DNA of 64,000 nt from a virus. Below are positions 8,292-18,698 of this stretch, piece after piece. Every line of letters starts with the position of its first letter. The first letter of the stretch is position 1. The stretch is from IMG/VR virus record IMGVR_UViG_3300027736_000020, positions 32,001 through 96,000 of that record, one strand, 5' to 3'. Made by a program: the position numbers and the translations under genes. Under the pieces are notes generated by a model. The model searched no databases. It was not told where the DNA came from and saw nothing but the letters and a program-made list of their open reading frames with translations.

Positions 8292-10445
8292 TTAAGTCAG
8301 GAGAGGCTCTACCGTAAAGGATACTCCTGCGGGTTTGTATTTGTTTACTAGAGTATAAACAAAATTTTGCAGATTTGGCGACAAAATATTGTTTATCGTA
8401 TCATCAGGAGCAACTTTTACAATAAATGTTCCGGATCCTGTAATTGGCCCGATCCTTGTTGCGTTTGATACAGAATCAGATGGATAAAATGTTGTAGATG
8501 TTGAGCTATTGTATAGTGCCGCGGAATAGGAAATTTCCAATGATCCTAACGTTCCTGCAGTCATTGAAGCTGTTGATTGTATGTTTATGGTGGTCGCAGC
8601 TCCAGATGTAGAGGGTGTTCCTGTAATTGTTACAACTCCAGTTCCTAATGACCCGGTTAAAGGAGTTCCATATATTGTGCTGCTTCCCCATGAAGTTGCT
8701 GGGAAAAAATAAGGCGCAGAACTGCCTATTATTGTAACGTTTCCCAGTATGGTAATAGTTGCGGTGTAATACGTTGCCCCTGATGATACGGTACCAATGG
8801 TTATTGAGTATGGTTTTCCAACTGCTCCTATTGTCGTAGAAGACACTGATTGGCTTGGACTAACAAAATATGTACCGATACCACCAGTACCCGTGCCAAG
8901 GGAGATTATTTGAGTACCTGATGTCACGTTAGTTCCAGATAATGTTTGTCCAATCGCAAGAGAACCAACAATGGACGCTACGGAAACAGTTAACGTCGTT
9001 GTGGAGATGGAACCAGTGACAATTGCTTCTGTAGTATTCCAAGGGGATATGATTTTTGTTTTTGTATACGGCAAAGAACTTGATGTTCGATTAAATGGAC
9101 TGATCTTCAGATCTTTATCCACAGAAGGAAAAATAATCTTGAAAGGAGCAGATCCATCAACTACAGCGGTGGATTGTCCAGTTGCAGAAGAAACCAGCTC
9201 TGCAATAGCCAGATTATTTGATTTTGGAAGTAACGCTTCTCGTTGCATTCTTGATCTGTACATTTCATCCATGTTTATTTCGGAAGTCTGACGGCTAACG
9301 CTAAGGATTTTTCCCCAATATTCCAACCATTCTCCTGTAGCAATATGCTGATTGGTTTGCTGGGTTGCGGCTTGAATTTGCATTTTGTAATCTTTTATCA
9401 TCAATACAATGGGAATCAGAAACCTGAAATTATTATTTGTAAAAATCGGCCAAGAAATTGCATTTGCATCAATATCCAGTCCTCCTTCCAAGAGCAATGA
9501 AGAGGGAATATGTGTGCCATATTCTAGATCATCACTGTATTCAGTTTTTATTCCACCGTACCCGTTGAGGATCTTAGTGTCATATTTTTCTTGAAAATAT
9601 TCAACAAATTCTTTTAGGGAATAGTCAGCAAGATCAATATACTCGGGAGAAAAATAGGAACAGGATGAACTGAGTGAAAAAGATGCATCTGCCACATAAA
9701 TTGAAGGATCTCCTTTGCTTTCTTCCGAAAAAATGGAATATGTGGGGTTTCCAATTAATTCAGAGAATAAAATAGTATTTGCAAAAATTTGTCTTTTCAT
9801 TTTTGCAATATTGATATATCCAGAAACGCACGACGATGTGATCTGTGTGCTTGGTACTGTTTGAATGACATCAAGATAATATGTTCCAGATCCACCACTG
9901 CCAGTTCCCTTGGCAATGATTTTTGTTCCGGAAACTACTCCAACTCCACTCAATACTTGACCAATTGATATTCTTCCTGATGCAATTGAAGCAACATTGA
10001 GAGTACAGACAGTCGTTGACCCTGTCGGTGTCACATACGTATTTTGATAAATATTCGCGGTAAAAACTGCTTGAAGGACAACAGAGGAAAGATCTGGACT
10101 GGATAGTGAGAATATACCTTCTGAAGAATATTCATTGATGTCCCAAATTGCATTGATTTCTTTCATGTTGTTTGACAATGCATACGTCAAATCATATGGT
10201 ATTCCGGATAAAAAAACTGAATCTCCAAGAGCAAAATTCTTGAAATAATTTGTGGTTTTGTGCTTTACAACAATTGTATTATTGTACGGTTTGTCAATGG
10301 AAAGAATTGCAATTGGTTCAGGATGAACTCTTGCAAATGTTATTGCATTTTGAGGAATAGGATCTATGGAAAATAATCCCGGAAGTTCTTGAGAAATTCG
10401 AGACAATATGGTTGAGTTTGGCAAAACATCAAGAGGAGTACTCAT
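8292..10445 (-). CDS. Baseplate wedge protein (P2 gpI / T4 gp7-like) with inserted domains
   Basis: ATGEWLEYWGKILSVSR...MYRSRM and C-terminal LVNKYKPAGVSFTV; lies directly after baseplate J. Start moved from 10514 to MSTPLD (10445), next to the J stop. Confidence 0.8.
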   Translation of the reverse strand: MSTPLDVLPNSTILSRISQELPGLFSIDPIPQNAITFARVHPEPIAILSIDKPYNNTIVVKHKTTNYFKNFALGDSVFLSGIPYDLTYALSNNMKEINAIWDINEYSSEGIFSLSSPDLSSVVLQAVFTANIYQNTYVTPTGSTTVCTLNVASIASGRISIGQVLSGVGVVSGTKIIAKGTGSGGSGTYYLDVIQTVPSTQITSSCVSGYINIAKMKRQIFANTILFSELIGNPTYSIFSEESKGDPSIYVADASFSLSSSCSYFSPEYIDLADYSLKEFVEYFQEKYDTKILNGYGGIKTEYSDDLEYGTHIPSSLLLEGGLDIDANAISWPIFTNNNFRFLIPIVLMIKDYKMQIQAATQQTNQHIATGEWLEYWGKILSVSRQTSEINMDEMYRSRMQREALLPKSNNLAIAELVSSATGQSTAVVDGSAPFKIIFPSVDKDLKISPFNRTSSSLPYTKTKIISPWNTTEAIVTGSISTTTLTVSVASIVGSLAIGQTLSGTNVTSGTQIISLGTGTGGIGTYFVSPSQSVSSTTIGAVGKPYSITIGTVSSGATYYTATITILGNVTIIGSSAPYFFPATSWGSSTIYGTPLTGSLGTGVVTITGTPSTSGAATTINIQSTASMTAGTLGSLEISYSAALYNSSTSTTFYPSDSVSNATRIGPITGSGTFIVKVAPDDTINNILSPNLQNFVYTLVNKYKPAGVSFTVEPLLT

Positions 10446-10446
10446 G

Positions 10447-13400
10447 TTATCGTATCTCGCAGGTTCCAAGCTTGAGTAATGATCCACGAAGAGGGACAAT
10501 AATATTTTGATCAATTGAGCTGGAATCCAGTGCAGATATTGTTACTGCAGAAATTCCCGGAATTCTCATTATTCTTTTTGTCAATTCAGATTTCTGAAAA
10601 TACTTGAGGCTGGGATTTACAAATTCATATATTACTGCGGAATTGAGATTTGTATCAAATAAATCGGTATAATACCATTGTGCTGAATCGCTTGAATACA
10701 CCTTATTTGTAAGATAAACCCAAGATGATCCATTCCACTTGAGAATGTCTACCGAAGCCAATGTAGGCCCATTTGCTGGTTTGGAAAAAGATATCTTAAT
10801 GCTGGAATACGTTCCAGTAATTGATTTTGATACTGAGGGAAATGATTTGTTCCCCTTGTCATCAATACACACAGCCATGTACTGATGCGTGGTTGATGCT
10901 ATACCTGATCCAATGCCAGCAAGGGTTATCGTTGGGATTCCAAATCCATCACTAATATCAAGTTCATTAATATAGTCAGAAACGGTAATGAAAATCTCTG
11001 TGGAAAGCAAATCTATTTTGTATCCATAATCAACAGTGGCAGAGATTGAAAAATCTTGTGTTTGAAATGCCGCGCTTTGAATGGTTACAGGAATTCCTGC
11101 CGCTTTGTACCCCGGATAAATAATTCCACTTGTGTTGTCCGTATACCCCTCAATGATTGTTTTGCACTTCAAAAGTAAATCGGCACTTACTGAGGAAGAA
11201 GTTCCATTTCCCACATAAAGCAAAATGTTATTGCTGCTTGTTTCTGTTGACAATGATTTGGTAATTTGTTCTGTAATATATCCAGCATTATCGGTAAGTT
11301 GTGCATTTTTTGCACCCTCCTCAATGGATTCTTTTGTTCCACGAGAAAGGGATTTTACAACTTTTTCAAAACGAGTTGTCCACTCTTCCTCTGTTTCATT
11401 ATTTGTGCCATTGGACAGAGAAGAAGCATTTGTTACGGAAGAAATACCATATACAGTAGTAAGTATTTCGGTAATCGTATTTTTTGCGGTGTTAAAAGAT
11501 GTTCCTGAGGAAGTTGCAACGACGGTATCTGTTCCTGAAGTGTAGTTTGAAGTACTCAATAATGTTATTGAATCAGCCAAAGAATACGTTTTTGAAGTGC
11601 TTGGAACGCGAACAATGGTTCCGGCTGGAATGACAAGATCACCCGTTGCAAGTTGCGCAGTGTTTGATGAAGGAAAAGAATTGAAAATTTGGCCAATCGA
11701 AGCTAACGTGGGGAAGAAACCATTATCCTCATAATAATAATATATTCCGTTAAACGCGGATGTCAAACTGGTCGTCAGTTTTTTGTATTCAATAATGCAT
11801 GAGTACGGCCAAACATCTGTCGTCCATGACAGTAAATTCAGGGAATTGATTTTTATGGAATACGAAACTCCACTAAATGCAGTGCTAGACACCAATGAAC
11901 TCAGCGTTAATGATGTAGGACTTGAAATAGAACTAATAGTTCTTTCGGGTGCAAGTGTTGGCGCTGAAGTTGATCTGACAACCAATAATGCTCCCAGCAT
12001 TGAAGTGTTCCATCCAGTCGAAACTCCAGTAACGGTTGTAGCACTTGAAGCTACGCTTATTGTTCCAGCACTATAATTTGTTTGTGTTTTCAACGGCGAA
12101 ATAGTATATGCTTGCGACGTTATCGATGTCGGAGTAGAAGATGAAGTGATGTTCTTGTATGTAGACAATGGAGTCTTTATTGATGCGGAAGAAACCCATT
12201 CTGTAACAATTCCGCCATATCCTTGATCTCCTCCTGATGCATTATCTTCGTCAAAGACAAGCTGGTCACCGATAATGGATTGATCGAAAGGAGAAATACT
12301 TCCGGTAACAACAATTCCGGAACTAACAGAAGGACCGGGACCAGATGTATTGGAGAACACTCCTGATATCTGACCGGAATGCATGTACGCATTTTCATAT
12401 GAAACACAATTTGCCATAGGAGACTGTTGTGTTGGCCAAGAGGAAATTGTTTCCTGAAAATTTCCAGTATCCTTTATCGTTAATCGAGGAGTGGCATCAT
12501 TGCTCGTGACAAGACCACCAACCGTGACTGCTCCCGGAGCACTGGCATTTGAAATGGTAATGGTAGTGGCAGAGCTTGTGTTGACAACGTATGTTCCATT
12601 GTATGCATTTGGAGTAAGTCCCGATAATGTTACTGATGTACCGATAGGAAAGGTATATCCTGCACTATGCGTAACCGTCCAGAGAGTTCCATTTGTTGTT
12701 ATTCCACCTGTGGCAATATTTGCGGCAAAAGAAAGATTTTCTGCGGAGGAAGAAGAACTTGAAAACACACTACCTGAGTCAGTAAGGGAAACAAGTGACG
12801 ATGCAACATCTGCCCACTGATACGTGCCACTGTTTGATGCTGTTCTGTAAACTCTATAATGCGTAACGGCAACATCGGATGTTGCCCCCCAAGATACAAC
12901 AACTTGTTGGCTTGCAGTAAGAGTAACGGTTGATGCGCAAGCAATCTTATCACTTTCAATCTCATAAGGAACAGAAACATATTTGCCATTTGTATATGTT
13001 CCAGTATTTTTTATCACACATGAAACATAATATGCATAGGTTCCTGCAGTATTTGATCCTAATGAATATGGAGTCCCGATGGAAATTGTTCCGGGCGTTC
13101 CGATCAATGGTGAATTGATTGGAACGGAAAATTCGGTTGCATTGCTCATGTCAGGAGATGTTGATTTTGAAAAAACATATTTGTTTGCATATTTTGTCAA
13201 CGGAAGACTGAGCCTTGTGACAAGATTTGCAGATCCTACCGATGATGAAGAAGCAGGTGTTGTTGCATAACTTCTTGACTCCATGAAAGTCGAAGGTACA
13301 GCAGTGGCCAAAGCAGGAAAAATATTGTATGTTCCAATACCTCCGGATCCTGTAAGATATCCAGTAATTGTTGATCCATTGGTTCCATTGATCACAATGG

Positions 13401-14712
13401 TTTGCCCTACTGATAAAAATCCGCTTGATACTGCAGTGACAGTCAATGTTGTTGCGGTAATTGATCCGGTAAAACTTGCAAAATTTGATGTTGGAGGGCT
13501 ATAAATATTTTTTTCTTGTGCGGCAACACTGTAATAGTAGTTTGTGCTTGCAGACAAGGTTCCAATACTATCACCAGTTTGACGAATATCGGTTGAAACA
13601 TAGAGCGCAGACGGCATTGCTGCTGCAGAACGATAAAACTTGTATCTTGTGGCACTTGGAATATGGGGAATATTCATTGAACACCAGTTATCATTGAAAA
13701 GTCTGGCTACGGGATATGTGCCAACGGATTCTTTTCCCAGCGAATCAATGCCAATAATGCTATAGAAATAAATTCCTTTTGCTCCCATATTATCAGAAAC
13801 AGTAAAATTTCCATCAGTGCTCAATGTGCCATCGATAATTGGAGAAGTTGAGGAAATTTGCCGGACAGTTGTGTTTGTTTCAGCAGTAATGCTTACAATC
13901 CCTGAACCAAGACTTCCAGTTCCGTCAATTGTTCCGGAAATAAGACGCATGCTTGTTGCGTTGGCACTGAAAGTGGTTCCTGTAACGGTCAGGGTTGCCG
14001 TGTAGGGTCCTGTCCCGGCAGATGAAGAAATGACAAGCGCTGTCGCTTTGCCACTCAACCCAAAATGCGGAGTTACGCCCGTATATCCAGAAAAAGTAAT
14101 CCCAGTTGTTGAAGGCACTGAGTGTCTCATCAAATCGGCATTGAGAATATTTTGACTTAATGTGGTCGGAATGACTGATGACCTATATATCCTGTATGCG
14201 GAATACCCATCTTGTTTTGACCAATACAATTTTGCAGTGGCGGTCCTGTATTGCCCGGAAGGAGCAAGGTATCTTGTAACAGGCTGGCTTTGATTCGCAT
14301 TATTATCCGGCTGAATTCCTGTGACGGAATAATATAAAGCATTTGTGTTTGCAGCAGGCAAGTTTCCTGCTTGATAGGTAAATGATATTCCGGGAAAAGT
14401 TACATCCTCAGTCGAATTTATTACTGTGGGAGATGGCAACATCAATCGTGAAAATACTACCGGACCGTATGCTTTGGAAGCAGGAAGAAGCGGCTTGTTA
14501 AATGCTTGTTTTACGGCAGTTCGAATCGATGATGCAACACTATCTGCAAATACAATATTATTATTGTATATTTCTGAAGATATGGCTTCAACAAGAGAAC
14601 GAATGACAGATCCTTCTGAAAAATCAGTTACTTGATCCGTATGCGTAATTATATGCGCAATGGCCTTTGCTGCAATATCCGGTTGTCTTTTGAGTCGAAA
14701 TGTTTCAACCAT
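10447..14712 (-). CDS. Baseplate J-like (gp6-like) wedge protein with ~930-aa insertion
   Basis: TDFSEGSVIRSLVEA, GDLVIPAGTIV, NGTNNETEEEWTTRF, LSRGTKESIE and GYKAAGIPVTI are baseplate-J-type motifs. Confidence 0.9.
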   Translation of the reverse strand: MVETFRLKRQPDIAAKAIAHIITHTDQVTDFSEGSVIRSLVEAISSEIYNNNIVFADSVASSIRTAVKQAFNKPLLPASKAYGPVVFSRLMLPSPTVINSTEDVTFPGISFTYQAGNLPAANTNALYYSVTGIQPDNNANQSQPVTRYLAPSGQYRTATAKLYWSKQDGYSAYRIYRSSVIPTTLSQNILNADLMRHSVPSTTGITFSGYTGVTPHFGLSGKATALVISSSAGTGPYTATLTVTGTTFSANATSMRLISGTIDGTGSLGSGIVSITAETNTTVRQISSTSPIIDGTLSTDGNFTVSDNMGAKGIYFYSIIGIDSLGKESVGTYPVARLFNDNWCSMNIPHIPSATRYKFYRSAAAMPSALYVSTDIRQTGDSIGTLSASTNYYYSVAAQEKNIYSPPTSNFASFTGSITATTLTVTAVSSGFLSVGQTIVINGTNGSTITGYLTGSGGIGTYNIFPALATAVPSTFMESRSYATTPASSSSVGSANLVTRLSLPLTKYANKYVFSKSTSPDMSNATEFSVPINSPLIGTPGTISIGTPYSLGSNTAGTYAYYVSCVIKNTGTYTNGKYVSVPYEIESDKIACASTVTLTASQQVVVSWGATSDVAVTHYRVYRTASNSGTYQWADVASSLVSLTDSGSVFSSSSSSAENLSFAANIATGGITTNGTLWTVTHSAGYTFPIGTSVTLSGLTPNAYNGTYVVNTSSATTITISNASAPGAVTVGGLVTSNDATPRLTIKDTGNFQETISSWPTQQSPMANCVSYENAYMHSGQISGVFSNTSGPGPSVSSGIVVTGSISPFDQSIIGDQLVFDEDNASGGDQGYGGIVTEWVSSASIKTPLSTYKNITSSSTPTSITSQAYTISPLKTQTNYSAGTISVASSATTVTGVSTGWNTSMLGALLVVRSTSAPTLAPERTISSISSPTSLTLSSLVSSTAFSGVSYSIKINSLNLLSWTTDVWPYSCIIEYKKLTTSLTSAFNGIYYYYEDNGFFPTLASIGQIFNSFPSSNTAQLATGDLVIPAGTIVRVPSTSKTYSLADSITLLSTSNYTSGTDTVVATSSGTSFNTAKNTITEILTTVYGISSVTNASSLSNGTNNETEEEWTTRFEKVVKSLSRGTKESIEEGAKNAQLTDNAGYITEQITKSLSTETSSNNILLYVGNGTSSSVSADLLLKCKTIIEGYTDNTSGIIYPGYKAAGIPVTIQSAAFQTQDFSISATVDYGYKIDLLSTEIFITVSDYINELDISDGFGIPTITLAGIGSGIASTTHQYMAVCIDDKGNKSFPSVSKSITGTYSSIKISFSKPANGPTLASVDILKWNGSSWVYLTNKVYSSDSAQWYYTDLFDTNLNSAVIYEFVNPSLKYFQKSELTKRIMRIPGISAVTISALDSSSIDQNIIVPLRGSLLKLGTCEIR

Positions 14713-14727
14713 AAAAATTCCTCATAT

Positions 14728-16149
14728 TTATATCCCGATGAGTACAGGATACAGATTTACCACAGTAAAATTTTCAGACAATCGAACATAAATGTTATCT
14801 GCTATTATAGCAGCTGAAGTTGCATCATAACGAACATCCATGCTTACAATGCCGGAAACGCGTTCATCTGACATTATTGTGGAATAAATGCTGTCCTTTG
14901 TCGCCTTGACAATTGACGGCGAATACTTTGATCCCACATATTGTATTGCAGCATTTCCGTACGCAGGAAAGGCTTTCAATGATCCATATTTTGTTTTTAT
15001 TTTGTTGTTCAGCGCCTGAATGACATTATCCCGCCCAGAAATTGTCGTGAGATCTGTGGATGAATTTCCGAGAAAAGTTATTTGTCCGCTTGAATCAATT
15101 TTTATGTCTCTTCCGTAAGAATCAATTTGCGTTGAAGAATAGGCATTCAATATTTGCGAAGAGCTACTTCCGTAAACAGGGATTTGTATCTTGTCTCCAG
15201 TTTTCAAGACATACGTGTCATCATAGATTGCTGGATAAAAAAACATCTTTGTTCCAGAAGGATAATAATCATTTATTCCTTTTTTCGGTTTTCCCAAATA
15301 TGATAAGCTCTCTTGGAGCTGAGGATTCTTTGATCCAGTAACAGGAAGTGATGTATTCAAAAGAGTAATGGAAAGTGTTCCAGACGGTGCAGATATATTC
15401 CCTTGAAAATACAAAGAAGAATTAGAAAAATCTGAAAGAGCATAATCTATTTTTGCCACATAGACATTGACGGAATTTGCTCCGTCTGGCCATACAGAAG
15501 GAGCGGAAAAAACAATAGTGGAATTTGCCGCAGGAATAAAATACTCCTTTGCATACGATTGTCCATACAATTTTTCATTGAAAGGAGCAGGTATTGTTTC
15601 ATTTCCATCACCGGAAACGTATGAGTAAGTGAGGTAATACTTATCAGCAGAAGACGTTGCCTCAGTGTAGGAAAATAAATGTGCATTGATTGCACTTATT
15701 GATGGCGGAATAACAACGGCGCTTTCAAATTCTATGTAAAAATATCCATCAGGAATGTTTGGATAGTCTATGGTTTTCTCAAAATAGACATTTCTTATGG
15801 TAATAGTATCATGAGAGTAATCACCATTTTGAAGATATTTTTTCAAGAATATCTTGTTATCAGAAACCAAAACGCTTTTGCTGATTTTTCCCGCAGAAGA
15901 ACTTTGCTGGCTCGAATATAAATACTTTGGAAGCAAAAGGGAAGTTGTGCCTTTTTTCATTTCTTCTGGAATATAAATGGTTCCGCTTGGATTTCCCAAT
16001 TGATCTTCGGGATTATCTGATATATAGGGATTTCTCAATCTGTTTAATGATGCAATAACTGGCCATTGTTTTTCGTCGCCAAGATATTTTTGTGCAATAC
16101 TTTGGATTGTATCTCCACTGTAAATAACTTCTGTCTTGTATTTGGCCAT
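14728..16149 (-). CDS. LysM-domain / gp25-like baseplate wedge fusion protein
   Basis: N-terminal SGDTIQSIAQKYLGDEKQWPVIASLN (LysM), later LKTGDKIQIP; C-terminal GRDIKID...GRDNVIQAL...YG...SDERV (gp25/W-like); directly upstream of J. Confidence 0.85.
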   Translation of the reverse strand: MAKYKTEVIYSGDTIQSIAQKYLGDEKQWPVIASLNRLRNPYISDNPEDQLGNPSGTIYIPEEMKKGTTSLLLPKYLYSSQQSSSAGKISKSVLVSDNKIFLKKYLQNGDYSHDTITIRNVYFEKTIDYPNIPDGYFYIEFESAVVIPPSISAINAHLFSYTEATSSADKYYLTYSYVSGDGNETIPAPFNEKLYGQSYAKEYFIPAANSTIVFSAPSVWPDGANSVNVYVAKIDYALSDFSNSSLYFQGNISAPSGTLSITLLNTSLPVTGSKNPQLQESLSYLGKPKKGINDYYPSGTKMFFYPAIYDDTYVLKTGDKIQIPVYGSSSSQILNAYSSTQIDSYGRDIKIDSSGQITFLGNSSTDLTTISGRDNVIQALNNKIKTKYGSLKAFPAYGNAAIQYVGSKYSPSIVKATKDSIYSTIMSDERVSGIVSMDVRYDATSAAIIADNIYVRLSENFTVVNLYPVLIGI

Positions 16150-16154
16150 CTACA

Positions 16155-16727
16155 TCATATCCTGATAATCATTGTACCATACAGCATTCTTCGCAATATA
16201 TTTTTTGGATTAAAGGAAGGAAGATCCGTTCCACTTGAAAGAATATTGGCAACAAGATCCCAGCTTTCTATGATTTCAAGGCAAGATAGGGCATCAGCGG
16301 TAAAGGTAATTGACGCTGAACCTGATGATCCCTTTTTAGGCAAGTTTTTTTCTGATGCAGTCAATTTCATCTGCAGCATGAGATCATAGACATATTGCAA
16401 GGATTTGGCAAAATATATTTCCTGCTCTATTGTTCCACTGATATTGCTTGTTGATGTTGTCTGATCTATGCCGTTTATTTCAAGCTGAACATGGGAAAGA
16501 CATTTATAGATAGCTCCACAAACACGCGCAGACATGATGCGAAAATCTGCCGTGTGATATTTTTGTGTCGCCCAGCATTTTTTCATGAACAAAACAGTTT
16601 GATCAATTTCAGGATGATATTCAATCAAATCCTGTATTTCTCTTGGAAGATCATTATAAGAAAACGACGATGTTGAGGTGGATGAATTGGCAAATGATCC
16701 TTTGGAAATTCCCATAGATGGCAGCAT
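16155..16727 (-). CDS. Hypothetical baseplate-region protein
   Basis: 190-aa ORF tightly packed between baseplate genes. Confidence 0.7.
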   Translation of the reverse strand: MLPSMGISKGSFANSSTSTSSFSYNDLPREIQDLIEYHPEIDQTVLFMKKCWATQKYHTADFRIMSARVCGAIYKCLSHVQLEINGIDQTTSTSNISGTIEQEIYFAKSLQYVYDLMLQMKLTASEKNLPKKGSSGSASITFTADALSCLEIIESWDLVANILSSGTDLPSFNPKNILRRMLYGTMIIRI

Positions 16728-16754
16728 GATGTTACTCCAGAAAAAAAATTATTG

Positions 16755-18629
16755 CTATAGTATGCGTGGTATGCGTAATTCCGTACCCCATTCTAGTTTT
16801 TTCGTGAAGCTTTCTGAAATATTGCTTTGCACAGCAATCCATGTTGCAATTTCATTGATTTTTGATTCAGTCATATTCTCTAGATTGGGATATTTATTTT
16901 TTATGATTTCAAGAATTGTTTCCTTTAGGGCTTCACAATAGCCTTTATATGTATATTGCTGCTGTAAAAATCCATTAATATAGACCGCAGGTGACAATTC
17001 ATCCTCATTAAAGGTTAATTGTTCGTCATAATTCCATAATTTATTAAAAATATTTATGGCAAAAAGCAAATCTGTTCCCGATCCGTTAGGCAAATCTGAC
17101 ATGTTAACACTGTTGATCAAATGAACAGCATTTGAAACCTCAAGCACAACTGGGCCATCTGGATCTAATATGGATCTTGATCCAAGGAATCTGGATCGAG
17201 TCATTGGTCCAACGATTGTCTTGTTATGCAAATAGTCTATTTTCCCCCTGATTTGACTGTTTTTATATGATACATCATCAAGAGTAGTAAAAGGAGCTGT
17301 TGAAGCATTGAAATATATCTCAGAGTTTATTGAAGGTGAATACGCATTACTAGTAGTGGCAACCATTTGATTGGTAAAAACAAATCCTGTTATATTAGTA
17401 TTGTCTTCCGTTGCCGTCGAATGATACGTGTCAATAATATATGTTCCCACTAATCCGCTTCCGCTATTGATTTTCAGTACTTTTGTTCCAACAATGATGC
17501 CTTTGCCAACAAGTGTCTGACCTACCGTCAAAGGACCTGAACCCGAATAAACAACGGATATTGTAGCAACATTGCCTTGAACCGATCCTTGGCCAGCAAA
17601 TGTGTCCGTATACGCATAATCAGCATTAGGTATATTTGATGCTACCGCAGCAGTACTGTTTCCCAAAGACAGTTTTTTGTATGAATTTGGATTTGTACTA
17701 ATGGGAAAACCTGATGATATTGAATCGTAATACCTGAATTCCGAAAATTTCTGTGTGCTGTCAGGAGGATACCCAAAACGTTCCTTATATTCACTTATCG
17801 TTGGTTTGCTCGGTGTTCTATACGTAATATATTTTTCCGGAGAATATAAATCTAATTGATCCCCTTTAAACGTCGGCGAAGAAAATCCACCAGATGCAGG
17901 ACGAGTTGCATATCTTCCTGTATTAAATCCAAGCTGTCTTCCGTTTCCATCATCCTTATTCCAGAGTTGTGTAATCAAGTTTCTTCTTTTTTCCCTGTAC
18001 ACATCAAACTTGTGAAGATTTGTGGGACTTTTTGAATCAAGCGCCGCAAAAGAAAGTGAATACGAATGCGTCAATGGGCCCTTTGCAGAACGCTCCATCT
18101 TGAAATTCACAATGGTGACATCCCATTGTCCAAAATGGGGGCTGTCATTGAAATCAATGGAAAGCACCAGTCTTGTGCCTTGCGCATTGCCCACTTTGCA
18201 ACGTTCATAATAGGTGTCAACAAACTCCCTGAGCATGCTGAATTGAACCCATCCTATCGGTCCCTGAAGAGGGCTTGGTCCAATGGTTCCCGACATGGTA
18301 ATGGTTGGAAGTCCCGCTCCCAGATGATCCACATAGGAATCGCCGGAAAGAGTTTGATACACGCCAACTCTTCCCGGAATCTCAATACTCAATTGCGAAG
18401 GAGTCACATAAAATTCATGAAGCATGATACGTTCATTTTTTGAATCAAACATCGTAAGTTCCATGATGTTTGAGGCTTCAACCTTGATCATGTGATACGG
18501 AGCAAGACTTGCGCTTGCACTTCTTACGGTGCTATTAGGACGCAATACTTCCTTGTTCAATTTTCGATTGCCGTTGGGATCATCTTGCCAATAACTTGGC
18601 AAGTTAAACGGATTTGTTTGTTCGACCAT
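16755..18629 (-). CDS. Tail tube initiator / baseplate hub-associated protein (P2 gpU / T4 gp48-gp54-like)
   Basis: FYVTPSQLSIE...VYQTLSG.SYVDHLGAGLPTITMSGTIG, then V.IVNFKMERS...HSYSLSF; ends with a LysM-like terminus (LEWGTELRIP). Confidence 0.7.
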   Translation of the reverse strand: MVEQTNPFNLPSYWQDDPNGNRKLNKEVLRPNSTVRSASASLAPYHMIKVEASNIMELTMFDSKNERIMLHEFYVTPSQLSIEIPGRVGVYQTLSGDSYVDHLGAGLPTITMSGTIGPSPLQGPIGWVQFSMLREFVDTYYERCKVGNAQGTRLVLSIDFNDSPHFGQWDVTIVNFKMERSAKGPLTHSYSLSFAALDSKSPTNLHKFDVYREKRRNLITQLWNKDDGNGRQLGFNTGRYATRPASGGFSSPTFKGDQLDLYSPEKYITYRTPSKPTISEYKERFGYPPDSTQKFSEFRYYDSISSGFPISTNPNSYKKLSLGNSTAAVASNIPNADYAYTDTFAGQGSVQGNVATISVVYSGSGPLTVGQTLVGKGIIVGTKVLKINSGSGLVGTYIIDTYHSTATEDNTNITGFVFTNQMVATTSNAYSPSINSEIYFNASTAPFTTLDDVSYKNSQIRGKIDYLHNKTIVGPMTRSRFLGSRSILDPDGPVVLEVSNAVHLINSVNMSDLPNGSGTDLLFAINIFNKLWNYDEQLTFNEDELSPAVYINGFLQQQYTYKGYCEALKETILEIIKNKYPNLENMTESKINEIATWIAVQSNISESFTKKLEWGTELRIPRIL

Positions 18630-18698
18630 GATTTACAAATTCCTTTTCAATAAGTATAACGAAAGATGAAAGAGTAAAAATGTCTTGATCAAAAATTT

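Noticed and set aside
11644-14445. Intein or intron as the cause of the large insertions in J, sheath and LysM-gp25
   Set aside because: Frames are uninterrupted, with no C/S...HN intein termini or homing endonuclease motifs; the inserts are Thr/Ser/Gly-rich structural domains.
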